A stretch of DNA of 64,000 nucleotides from Dicyema japonicum (lineage: Eukaryota; Animalia; Dicyemida): positions 206,324 through 270,323 of the forward strand of contig RDEW01000047.1 of NCBI GenBank assembly GCA_011109175.1, in the 5' to 3' direction. The notes below the pieces were generated by a model. That model had not been told where the DNA came from. It made no database searches and saw nothing but the letters and a program-made list of their open reading frames with translations. Every line of letters starts with the position of its first letter. Position 1 is the first letter of the stretch. Below are positions 1 to 11,517 of the stretch, piece after piece. A program made the translations under genes and the position numbers.

Positions 1-2610
1 TGGGTACTTACAAAAAACGAAAGTTACTTGTAGCCTTGATGAGAACTTTGGCGAATATCGAATTATATGTCAGCCGAGCGACTCAAAACATTATGGACTT
101 GGATTTGCCATCCACTCAAAGTTGACAAGTGCAGTCCACCGTATATGTAGTGTGAATGACAAGATCTGTGTTATACAAACCGACTTACCACCTTCGAAGA
201 GCTTTCTGACAATTGTAAATGTTTATGCGCCACACTGCGAAAGAGTAGCGAAAGATCCGACAGAACTAGACGACTTCTATTCAACACTGTTACGGACGTA
301 CAACGAATATGAGTCGTCATCACTAATACTCATTGCTGGGGATTTGAATGCAAAAGTCGGGATGAAGAATAACCCGGATGATGTTTTCTTGGGAGAACAT
401 GGACGTGGAATAAGAAATTTACCCGGGACAATACTTGGTCACTTTTGTATGGCAAACAACCTTTTCCTATGCAATACTGCATTTACGCATCCTGCCTGCC
501 ACAAAACTACGTGGATGGGGAAGCGAAGGAACTCAGAAGGAAAGCTGGTTCCAATATACAACCAAATCGATTATGTCATATGCCGGGCTAAAGACAAACA
601 CCTTCTAGTAAACGCACGTTCATATGAAGGTTCGACGACTGTCAGCGACCACAAGATGGTTATTGCGACCTTCACCCTGAAAAAACATGCCACTAAATAC
701 AGGAATGCAAAAAATCACGAATTTGAAAAAATCAGAGGCGACTACGCGACTGAAAGGCTGATTTCTCAACCGGAGATTACTGAGAGATATCAACAATACA
801 TTCAGACTAATTTGCAGGACGTATTGGTGGATACCACGCTAGAAGACGCCTGGAAACGCACAAAGGACACCATCAACGAAGCTGCTGAAGCATGTCTTGG
901 CAAAAGGGAGAATAGTAAAATGCACCTGAAGGCTATTCATCCAGATGTTCCCGAGCTTGCGAAAAGTCTAAAAGAAATAAATATGAGAAAATCAAATGCC
1001 ACTGACACTAATGCGATAAAAGCCCTTCAAGGCGAAAGACAACGTGTCAGAAGAAAAATAAAGGGTCTGAACAAGAAGCTTTTCATAGAAGAAATAGCCT
1101 CCTGTATAGAAGAAGTAAACAAAGTGAAAGACAACGCACAGGTGTACGTCGCTGCCCGTTTGTTGCGGCGAACAAACCAAAGTCGACTAACCATAAAAGA
1201 CGAGAACGGTAAGCTGATACTGAACACCAAAGAACAAACTGAAGCCATCGCGGCTCACTTTGAGAAGCTTTTCAACATCAAAACCATAGAAATCCACCCA
1301 TTTGATGGAAGGCCAAGACATTACGCAAAGTCTGGGCAAACATTGTGCTTGAACGAATAAAAGGACCTGCTTACAAATACCTATCAGATAGTCAAAGTGG
1401 TTTTCGAGAAGGGAGATCCACAGCTGATGCGGTCTGGAGTCACAGACGGAGGTGTGCAACATATCAAAGATACCGTAACGCCACCAATATTTTGGGAATT
1501 GACCTATCAAGAGCTTTTGATACGGTTAACAGGAACAAATTAATGGGGGTACTGAGCGGATTTCTTGATGAATCGAGTCTAAGGATGATCCGAATTCTAC
1601 TTTCTAACACTGAGCTCCTTGTGAGAGTCGGAAAAACCTATTCAAGAAAATTTGAAACAAATACGGGCACTCCACAAGGAGACTCTCTTTCTCCTCTACT
1701 ATTCACAATTTATTTGGAAGCCGCTATGAGGGAACTTAGACCGTCATACCAAGGAAAGACGGAAGAAGTAATCTACGCGGACGATGTAGACCTAATTTCT
1801 GAAGACAAAGAGGTCCTGGAAAACCTATTAGAAAAAGCACCAGATGTACTAGGGAAATGGTTTCTTACTGTGAACAGAGAAAAAACAGAACTCACAGAGA
1901 TAAGAAGGATGAGTAACGTCCTAGAAGAGAAGTGGCGACAAGTAAAGAAACTCGGTTCACTTATGGGAGATAGCGAAGATATTTTACGTAGGAAAACTCT
2001 AGCCAATGCTGCGTTATATAAACTGAAGAATTTATGGCTCAATCAAAAAGGCATCGACACGAAAATTACTATACGACTCGACTCATTCAACTATACGACT
2101 CATTCATAAAACCCGTACTTTTATATAACGCTGGAACTTGGGCGACCTCATCAGCGGATATGGAAAAACTAGACTCGTTCCTACAGAGGTCAGCTGAGAA
2201 AAATAACAGGAACTACTTGGCCTACGAGAATATCGAGGAATGCTTTATATAAGAGATGCAGCACTAGACCTATCAGCTTAGAAGTACTGGAATCCCGATG
2301 GAGGCTCTTCGGACACGTGCTGAGGATGGAATTAACATCCCCACCGAACATATCTATGGAAACATACTATGTTAGTCAAGAAGGCCGCTATCGGGGAAGA
2401 CCAAGAACAACACTGCCAATAGTCTTACAAAAAGACCTGGTCAGTATCAAAAAAATCTAATAAATGCCGACGACCTGGACAGCATGAGAGCCTTGGCTAG
2501 GAACAGGGGAGCATGGAAAAGGATGACATCTAACCTTGTTTCTTTTGCTGCACATGCGGGGCTATAATTAGTATGGCTCTCGTGAAGTGCTTAAATAATA
2601 ATAATAATAA
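1..2610 (+). mobile_element. RTE-like non-LTR retrotransposon (APE + RT), defective, 5' end at or beyond the window edge
   Basis: APE motifs (VNVYAP, IAGDLNAKVG, NQIDY, SDH) in ORF 122-1360. RT motifs (QSGFR, DLSRAFD, GTPQGDSLSPLLF, YADD) in ORF 1345-2109. Frameshifted RWRLFGHVLR/GRPRTT C-terminus, 3' stem-loop 2559-2579, (TAA)n tail 2593-2610. Comparison with the 15.5-15.9 kb copy suggests an internal deletion near 1318. Confidence 0.9.
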
Positions 2611-2711
2611 GCAGGTATTGAACGTGACGAAGATCAGACATATCTTCACGCACAGTAAACAAACGTCAAAAGTAGGATTCCAAATACTCAGCTTATTATT
2701 AACGGATGAGT

Positions 2712-2950
2712 CTATTTATTCACCCCAAATACACCGAGAAAGAAGTTAACAGTAAACAACTAATTAAGTGTTACCAGTTTCCACTATTACAGAAAGAGTC
2801 CTTCCACTTTACACAAGTCCATCTGGAACCAGCATAAAAGGTAAAAACGTCCATTCCTTGTAGTTGTGGGAACCCCTCCAGTGAAGTGGGGAAGCAAATG
2901 ATCTTTTTTCATGCCAGCCTGGCACTGAAATTGTTGTAGTGTCACATTCA
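2712..2950 (-). mobile_element. 5'-incomplete short non-autonomous element of family B
   Basis: Colinear similarity with 50897-51209; same 3' end (CACTTAATTAG...CTCGGTGTATTTGGGGTGAATAAATA). Confidence 0.7.
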
Positions 2951-2959
2951 GCTACAGTC

Positions 2960-3135
2960 CTTGACTAACGCGTTAAAGAAATTTGATATGCCTCATGGAC
3001 GGGAAGGACTTGACAGGCTACGTGCATGGCAAAGAGTCACAAAAAATGTAAGAAGCTAACTAGTAAGTTGATTGTTTGTGTTGCACGTGCTTTGTCACGT
3101 CCTATGACGTATCGTAAGCCCCAGTGATAATAAAC
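2960..3135 (+). mobile_element. RTE-like LINE 3' fragment
   Basis: DLDRLRA-like C-terminal coding remnant; GTTGCACGTGCTTTGTCA resembles the 59290-59520 remnant. Confidence 0.5.
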
Positions 3136-3180
3136 CAATTTTAATCATAGTTTTATTTAATATTTTTTAAGCGATTTTCT

Positions 3181-4250
3181 TCAGAAATATGTGAAAGGCA
3201 TGATTTCAATGCATCGAAATCTCTGCAGAAAACTGCAAAAATCCAGCTTAGAATGGTGGAGACGCATCTGATCAAGTTAAGTCTTTTCCACGTGGTTAAA
3301 ACTCCACATAGTCGAACCTTAAATATCAATATAAGAAAACATCTGGCTTGAAAATATTATGTCCGGTTGAATTTAATGACGTTAGGTTGGTATAATTGCC
3401 AATGCACGTGTCTCCATCAAAAGCCGCCAGACTGGCTGAAAATGCGATCAGGGAGAGAATCAAGGCGGGAGTTGAAGGCTTCATAAACTCTCTAACTATG
3501 TGAGATTTTTCCAAATTGAACTTGATTCTAGCAGAATTATCAAATATTACATGTCGATGAGATTCACACTTGAAAAGACAAGGCACACGTGGTATATTAT
3601 TGCCAAATACTTTGAACTGGACTGCATTGATCTCAACAGACTCTGTTTGCTGTCAAATTTATATGTATAAATGGTAACAATCTAAAATTATGGCGACCTC
3701 GGACCTGCCAAACTGCGATTCCTGCTAAAATTGACTGCAGGAACATTGCAATTGTTTTGAAGTTATTCTGCATGCTGATTGCGTCATTAATGCTGTCGTT
3801 TTGGGTCTCCATGAAGTAATTTTTTTGTGGATTAAAAGACTCTGATCTCGTCAGCTTCCCATTAATAAAGTTCTGGCGACCAACGCTTTTAAATTTATCT
3901 TAAATAAACTGAAAAGTTACCTTTGTTTTGCAAGTAAAGGTACTTTGATGGTTGGCTGATTACGGTAGATTGGGGGAGTATAGGAGCTACTCCAAAATCA
4001 TTCTCGACTATGAAAACGTCAGCCTTCACTTTTTCGACATCTTTTGAAATTCCTGCGAGTTGAGAATTTCTCTTCGATCTAATGGTGGTCAAAAATTATA
4101 CCTAGATGTCTTCTTGGAAGGTTTTCCACCTTCTGATGGTCTCTGAAATAAATGATAGGTTTCACATTATCTTGGAGACTGGGCAACGGTCGGGATCTTC
4201 TTTTTGGTTCCTTTAATAATGCGAGGTATTACAGTTGTTTTTCTAGACAT
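3181..4250 (-). CDS. Unidentified multi-exon protein (~300 aa) with tiny introns
   Basis: ATG at 4250 (MSRKTTVIPRIIKG...). Removing 22-23 nt GT-AG introns (e.g. gtgaaacctatcatttatttcag, gtataatttttgaccaccattag, gtaacttttcagtttatttaag, gttttcttatattgatatttaag) joins ORFs 3895-4092 and 3326-3586; stop at 3181. One internal junction near 3660-3710 is uncertain. Confidence 0.55.
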
Positions 4251-4418
4251 ATCAATTCCGTTACTATGGATTTAATATTATTATAGATGTTTCTCTGAAT
4301 TTTTAGCACTTTTACAAAATTCGTGTAATATTCATAGGATCTGGATACTCCGCATATACAACATTTCATCGTTCGGTTTTAGACGTCTTCCTAGTTTTTC
4401 ACTTTAACCATCACCTTA

Positions 4419-4741
4419 TTTATTTAAATCCTGAAATATACTAGAAAAGGTTAAAGTACACCAGTCCACACAATCAGAGTGAGAAGCATCCCTTTAAGTA
4501 TTACGTCCTTCCATATTCGCCATTGTGAGAACCCCATTACTAGACTGGGGACGACAGGGTTCCTTTTGGATGCCGATCAAGCATTAACCGTTTCTTGAGT
4601 TAGAAGGATCTTATGACCCCTTTAAAAGACTGAAGAAAGTAAAAAAACAGAGCAGAAACCTTCAGCCAAGTAGGTAACGGTATGAAACTCGAACCCACAG
4701 CAAATCGCGACACGAGGGACGAAATCAACCACTACCTGGTC
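4419..4741 (-). mobile_element. Candidate tripartite SINE: tRNA-like head + family-B-derived body and tail
   Basis: A-box-like GGTAGTGGTTGA (4725-4736), B-box GGTTCGAGT (4687-4695). Body aligns with 50897-51209; family-B-type tail ending AAATAAATAA. Flanking 13-bp repeats match 11/13 (4406-4418, 4742-4754). Confidence 0.6.
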
Positions 4742-4888
4742 ACCCATCCCCTTAGGGCCATTCAAGTGATGTAAGCAAGGGAAACAGAAGCACACCAATT
4801 CAGCCACTTTACTCTAAAAATTTAACTAATAATATAAAAACAATCAATCAAAAATAGATAAATAAGACAAATAGAATTATAATATGAA

Positions 4889-6275
4889 TTATCTACAATC
4901 CCACACTCTCACACTCATATCATTACTACTGCTAACAGCCAAGGACATCCGTGGGTGATACTCTTCACTTTAACATAACAACTACCAAAACAAGTCACAA
5001 AATTATCATGAACTCCCACACACTTTATTAAACCGCATTTTTCAATCTCCCAGATTCTCACATGCCCATCATCAGCCGCACTGGTTATGATCTTCCCTTC
5101 AGGATGGAATACTACATATCTCACCCAGTTGTCATGCCCACCCTACCCTCATTCAAAAAACTACCATTTTTCCAATACAAACTCCAGAATCTGCATTCCA
5201 CAGGAGAACTGTACGGTCCCGACCACCAGATGCGATCAAATGTTCTGTATCGGACTTACACCAGGCCACAGCCTCAACCACGTGCTCATGTCCGTACAAA
5301 ACCGTAGCACAATCGCCTGTGCTGACATTCCATACCCTCACGGTCTCAGATCAGAACACAGAAAACTTGGTCATTGGAACAGCTGGCCAGAAGGGTACCC
5401 GTCTTATTGGTTTTGACCATTCTGACCCAATCTGTGTGACCCACAAGAGTTCGAGTACAATATCTAAGGTTACGGAATGGTTTTACCCATTAGATACTTC
5501 CCAAACCTTAAGAGTGCAGTCTCTCGAGGCAGACACGATAAAATCGGTAGAAGGGATCAAGGTGACAGAGGAGACTGTATGATCATGTCCATAGAGAGTT
5601 TTGCGACAACTTTTGGAGACCAAATCCCATATTTTCAGAGTCATATCCGTAGAGCAAGTGTCTAAATATAAAAAAGCAAAAAATACACAAAATTTGACCA
5701 TCCAGAGAGAAACAAAGATCTGTTACCACGCTTGTGTGGCCCTTGAGAGAGTAAAGGAACTGGCCAGTCTCAAAATCCCACATTTTTATGCTTCCGTCGT
5801 AACTTGAAGACCCAAGTTCATTGAAGACCGGATTGAATACCACACGTGTCACAATTCCTTGATGACCAGTGAGGTTAAATTTGGTCGGAAGAACGGGGCA
5901 AAAACGAGGAAGTTCTTTTCTGACTTCCCCATTAATGGTGATCTCATCTTTTACGAGAGATTCGAGTTCAAGGACCTTAATAAAGCGGTAGAAAAACCCG
6001 TTTCTGTAGTCTGACCACGGAAGTCCACTTGTTTGCGAGCAAGTCCACGTATTTGTCATTGTTCATCGAATTTTCATCCTTAAGTAAAAATAGAGGTAAA
6101 CCAAGCCAGTTTCTGAGATGAAAGCGTTGAGGGAATTTGTGAGCGAATTGGCTTTGAAGTAGGCGGCAATTGCCAGATTTCTATAAATAAAACCGCAAAT
6201 TTGGAATATTGGTTTTATTATTTTGCATGTAATAAGTACTTACAGGTCTTCGGTTTGCTTGGAAGATAAAACCAT
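4889..6275 (-). CDS. PAFAH1B1: Lissencephaly-1 homolog (LisH, coiled coil, WD40 propeller)
   Basis: Spliced translation [18 protein letters not shown]...[17 protein letters not shown]...[15 protein letters not shown]...GHDHTVSSV...HEHVVE...GHDNWVR...VRVWDCR*. Eight introns of 63, 23, 22, 25, 23, 22, 22 and 23 nt. Confidence 0.95.
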
Positions 6276-6559
6276 CAAGTCGGAATAACCGTTATATTCT
6301 AAAAAATAGTACTGAAAGATGATTTATTTTTAGAAAAAAAGCTTACACAAAGCAGCTTTATATTCAAAAGTTTTAAATTTTAAAATATTTTTATTCCATG
6401 TTTATATATTTATTAATAATTAAACTATAAGTGAAATATCTATCTACTTATTCATATATCTTATTATTTTTGGATTTAATAATCTGTTAGTCCACTTGAA
6501 AACTTGATTGATAATTAATTACTTTTTCTTTTTCTGCTGTTTTCATCGGATCCACTTTA

Positions 6560-6960
6560 CTCGGGAATCGTCGAATGACTGGCAGGCATTCAAAAAAAAT
6601 CCGTATCATCATTTCACAGAGAGACTATTTCCCTGGAGACGTGTTCTGCCATTGAGGTCAGCATCCCGGACAATGTCCTGCTTGGATGAAGGTTCTACTG
6701 GAATTTGTCTCTTTCTTCACAGAAATCGTTCATATCCCCTCTGCCCACATCCAATTTAGTGTCCTCATAATAATCACATGCCAGTTTCACAAGTTAGTTG
6801 AGAGTAGATATGAATTCATCTTCGTCGACCTTAATCCCATGCCTATGTTCGATGGTCATACTTTCGAGAGTTTTCTTACGCACGACTGACTGGATGCAAA
6901 TGGATGCATATTATGGCATCATTATGTCTTTTTTTGATGACGCCTCATCATACTGAACAT
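6560..6960 (-). mobile_element. RLE-type (R4/NeSL-like) non-LTR 3' remnant
   Basis: Encodes IQSVVRKKTLESMTIEHRHG, matching ORF 42257-42589. Confidence 0.65.
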
Positions 6961-7649
6961 CCGACGTAAAAGATGTGGGACTCATCTTGAAGATCCAAAA
7001 ATGTCCCTTGACTTCTCGCTGTGCTTACTTTTCCTTAGAACATTGATCAACTGGAATTTATGACCTACCATATGACTGCAACTTAATCATTACCGACATT
7101 ATTCCATCTTCTCCCGTACAACGATCCAATGATCCTTGGTAAACTACAGAATAACAAAATGGGATGATTTTATTTATGGATAATTTTACCTTCCAAGATT
7201 AAGCCTTAGTCTTTTTTAACTCAGCTATATTATCAAGTGACAAAAATTAATCTTCAGAGATTCATCCGAAGGTACAAACCTTACTTAAATAGTGAAATCC
7301 TAGACCTCACTCGCAGCAGGAAACGCTTGAAATCGATAACACCTACTCATGAACCTCAAACCGAACAATCCTTATTGAATGAAAATTTTAACTGACTTCA
7401 AAAGTCGAAGATGAAAAAATAAGCTAAATTTATCTCTCATCTAAACCCAAAATCAAAACCTTGAAAATTCTGGAGGTTTGTTAAAGGTGTTTAGGTCAGT
7501 CAAACTGATTTTGGCTTCTCTCATGGAGTGGCATTTAATTAAGATAACCGAACTAAAGATTTTTATTGTCAGGCAAATGACATTATGATCCTTTATATTT
7601 TTATATATAAATATATTCGACCTAAATAATCAAACCACTGAGAGGTTCG

Positions 7650-8170
7650 AGGACTAATATCTATGTTTCAGTCCTAAAATACCCCCAGCTCTCTTGTCAA
7701 AAATCCAGACGGCATATGTATCTTCAACTTGAAATTTTTCTAACCAAACGGGCTCCGGGGTCTCAAGGGTTTTATGAATTCTGGCTTTACAGAAACGACA
7801 TAAATCAGCTGATAAAAATTGTAAGCATCTAATGGTCGGATAAATTAAACAACAAGACTCTTTACGAACTATTTTAAGTGATAAAATTTTGCTGGCGACT
7901 TTTTGGGCATATTTGTTGTATGGATATGGTGGCATTATTTAACCTCATTATGGAGGATTTTTTCAATCAAAATGTGACTGGGGTTATACGTGGTCGGCAG
8001 AAAACAATGTTTCCCTTCTGTTTAGATCAAGGTTATGCCTGTTTGAAAAATAAGAACAACGGACGACCTTGATGAAATACGGAAAAGTTTGAAGAAGAAA
8101 GTTGCATGGAGAAAACTTGCAGAACGGATAGGAAACAGCACGGAACAAGCAGAACTCTAAGTATTCATAT
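7650..8170 (+). mobile_element. RTE-like LINE 3' fragment
   Basis: WRLFGHICCMD and GRQKTMFP remnants, homologous to the C-terminus of 1-2610. Confidence 0.7.
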
Positions 8171-8329
8171 TCTTATGGGTAACACGAAGTGGCGATCCTA
8201 GGGGCAGCCGGAAGCACGGTGTAGGAGGTAGCAGATCCAAGCCATAAGGGCAGCAATCCAAGTCATAGAGTTAACATTATTAAGTTATACTCACTTTTTT
8301 CGATGTTTTTTCATTATAAACAAAATCAC

Positions 8330-8830
8330 CTGCCAATGATCACTGTTTTCTATTGACTTCGAGCGTACTGGTTTTAATCGATGTCAGATAAATGTTCGCT
8401 GTGAATTCCCATATAGATCTTCTGAAAAGCGTGGTCAGTGACCTTCTCCTTGTTATGACAACATTGTCACGCTTGCGCAGCATATCGTGCGAGGAGACGG
8501 TTGTTTTCCCTTGCTACAGTATTCTGTTTTGATTTCTTGCGTGTATAAATGAAAGATATCCTGATGCGTGAATATTTGGATTTTGCAGCAAGACATGAAA
8601 AATCATGCACGATTGATTACAAACTCCAAGAGCAAATTTTGAGTGAAAAAAGAAATGACGACTTAGTGTTGATGGAATTTTTGATGTTTTTCTTGCAAGA
8701 CAGCAAATTTAATTTTGTTTCTCTTAATTTTTTGGAGCCCTATTCTTTCATCAGTATAAAGTGACAAAACGTTTAAAAGATCCCAAGATTGATTTAATTC
8801 AGGCAATCGATGACCTTATACAATTTAATA
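8330..8830 (+). mobile_element. hAT-like transposase remnant (second copy of the 62830-64000 element)
   Basis: Long nucleotide similarity to the reverse complement of 63500-64000 (e.g. AATCAATCGTGCATGATTTTTCA, CAAAATCCAAATATTCACGCAT); DPKIDLIQAIDDL-like peptide. Confidence 0.65.
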
Positions 8831-8846
8831 AACTAATAATTATGTT

Positions 8847-9166
8847 GCTTAGTGGTTAGATGTCGGGCTTAAGTGGCTTAGGCTACGGGTTCGAATCTCG
8901 CTGCTGTCCACCTGGTGGAAGGTTCCACGCATCTACGATGCAGAAATGGTTTGACGAGTGACGCCGTCATCAGTGAATACTCACTGCGGAACTGGATTGT
9001 CTAGAAAGGACACTCACACAAGAAAAAGAAAAAAAGAAGTTAAGATCATTCCTTGGTTCTACGATTAGTTAAAATTAACTGTTCTTTACTTAAATAAAGT
9101 GTGTGTCCTGCCTATGCGGAGCTATAAAATACTATGGCTCTCGTGAAAAGGCTTTATTATTATTAT
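8847..9166 (+). mobile_element. tRNA-derived SINE with RTE-type 3' tail
   Basis: A box (T)TGCTTAGTGG 8845-8855; B box GGTTCGAATC 8888-8897 inside a T-arm-like stem. No run of 4 or more T in the body. 3' stem-loop 9119-9140 matches LINE 2559-2579; (TTA)n tail; perfect TSD TAATTATGTT (8837-8846, 9167-9176). Confidence 0.85.
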
Positions 9167-9208
9167 TAATTATGTTAGTAAACGAATGAAAGTTCAAGTT
9201 AGTGAGAT

Positions 9209-11517
9209 TTAGGTCAGTCTCATTTTCATAAACTAAGGAATAATTTTATAATTTCTAACCTGTTGAATGTCACACTTTTTACTTCCCTCTTGTAGCATCT
9301 CATCAAATTGCCCTAAAAATATTTAGAATTTCAAACTGCAGCAGTTTTTTAGTTTCACCACACAATTGAAAAAAGCATCAAATGCTAATTTTTTATCTTT
9401 ATTTGTGTATTTTTTCGCCAATATATTTAATTCAGGTATTCCAATCCTGCAGCCTTTTGTCATTTAACAATTCAAACCGAAATCCTTGAAGGCTTCTATC
9501 ATATCCGACGATTTAAGTTTTCCATCATCTTTAGATGCATATTTCATAAATGACTTCTAGAAATGAAATAAAACCTCAAACTTCGGCTTTGCACAACATG
9601 TTCCATAATTCTTCGAATTGCTCATAACTAAGTTTTACTTCCGACTCTTTCTAAGAAACATATATTCAAATAAAACCAGGCTATTTAAAAAAATCTCATT
9701 TACAAGCAACCAACTGAACGTTGGTTCATTTGTAGCTAAAATAACTCTATTGGGTACCTGACTTTTTTAATTCGTTTAGAAGTTCCTCTAGTTGAATTCT
9801 ATCAATTTTCATTTCAGAATCTCCATGTTTCTTAAATTTATTCGTCACTTCAGGTGTCATCGAGTTTTCAAAATTAAAATTTGCCTAAGAGTAATCATTT
9901 AAGTCACTTTTTTAGCAACTTCTGTATCTTGTTTCAGACTATAATTATGTTTAATTAATATTACTTTGCTGCAAAGTTACCATCCGAAATTAATCTAAGG
10001 AAAGAAACTTCATCTTCAAAATTGTTTTTTTTCAATTTAAGTTTATATCTACCAGGCTTTAATTTTTCGCAACAATGGTGCTGCTCAAAATAGTCCGTGG
10101 ATGAAAATATTAAAGATCTATAATCTTTGATTTTTTATACCCATTCATAAAAATCTCTATCGTCGTATGAGGAGTGTAACTGTTTCTTCCATTTTCTCGA
10201 TACCCGGACAGAGAGAGACAAGTATAAAATATTAGATCTTCTAAGACGTCAATTATAAATGTCACGGATGAATCTAACAGCGTTAAAATAACAGAAACAT
10301 TCATTAAATAAGTCAACTGCCCAGTTTATATAAAATGGAATAACCTTCATATTATTGGTGACAGGATTACAAATCGTCAAAAAGCCGAAATATTTTTCAA
10401 AATAATCTATGCCTATACTAAAAAAGTTTTATATTCAGAATACAAAAATTCCCCATCCTCCTTAGCTTTTTGTTTCAACTTTTTTATGGTTTCAGCATCT
10501 ACATCATCCCATTTAGACGAATAATCCGACCATGGACCTCTCCATTCCCCCTGTCCCCATGGATTTCTTAATCGCACCAATAAATTTTTATTGACAAAAA
10601 CGAGATTTATGAAAGAATAGGCATGTCCTGGGACAAGTCCAAAATGCTCTACATGACGTTCATTACCCTAAAACTTTATGTAAATCAACGACTGATATTC
10701 CGGTAAGCGCGAAACCATTCAATTCAAAAGCTTCTTCGAATATTTTTACTAACTTATCATGGTTTGTAATTGTATTTGCATAATAAGTCACTGCAATTCC
10801 GCCTGTAAGGGCAACTATTCCTTCCGCCAAACCTCCACCTTCTAAATTATAATAACCATTGTAATATCTGCATATTACCAACATTTCAATACTTGGCAAA
10901 GGCTTTCTCCAAGTAACTTACCCAACTGTCTTTCATTGAATGCGCGAACTTAAGTTTATTGTTTTCAAAAGGAAGCAAACTGTCAACAACGATAGCATAC
11001 CATTCTCCATTTTTCCATAAAGTCATAGCATAAATATCTGCTGATTCGTCTTCTAAGCAAAGTTGGAGAACATGGTTCAGATCATCTGGACGTGTTGCTA
11101 CTGATGCAATTGCAGCTAGAAGCCAGCAGTCACCTATAAATTAAGTCTAAATTAGCATCACCTAGTTCTCCTTGATTTACATCAAATCTTGTAGCACCAT
11201 CATATATGAACTTGTTATCCGGAAAAGCCTCCTACAAATAAATATTTGAATTGAAAATTTTAAAACTAACACAAACTTAGAGTACCTTATAAGATTTTAG
11301 AACGGATCCGTCTACAATAACTTATAAAATAAACGAGGAAATTTAAAATGTTTATCGACATAGTTGCGACCTTGAGTCCTTCGCAATTGCCTAAATCTGT
11401 CTGCTCCTATAATCATTATATTTTTTGGCGCAACTTAACTTTTATTCTCTTGTTAAATCGGTTATATAGCGAATATCAGTTTAACTAGAACGATTTTTAT
11501 TGACCTAAATTATTCAT
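9209..11517 (-). CDS. Classical calpain (CysPc, C2-like and penta-EF-hand-like regions)
   Basis: Catalytic triad motifs QGELGDCWLLAAIAS, GHAYS and RNPWG; also LEKAFAK and LEGG. Many 20-30 nt introns; probable start 11517 and stop 9209. Exon boundaries in the 3' half not fully traced. Confidence 0.85.

Noticed and set aside
8845-8912. A functional tRNA gene
   Set aside because: No acceptor-stem partner at the 5' side, no terminator after it, and it is embedded in a TSD-flanked element; better explained as a SINE head.
8940-8990. CTGATGA on the minus strand of the SINE, resembling a hammerhead core
   Set aside because: No GAAA after a stem II and no stem I/III fit; the GA of the core is itself paired.
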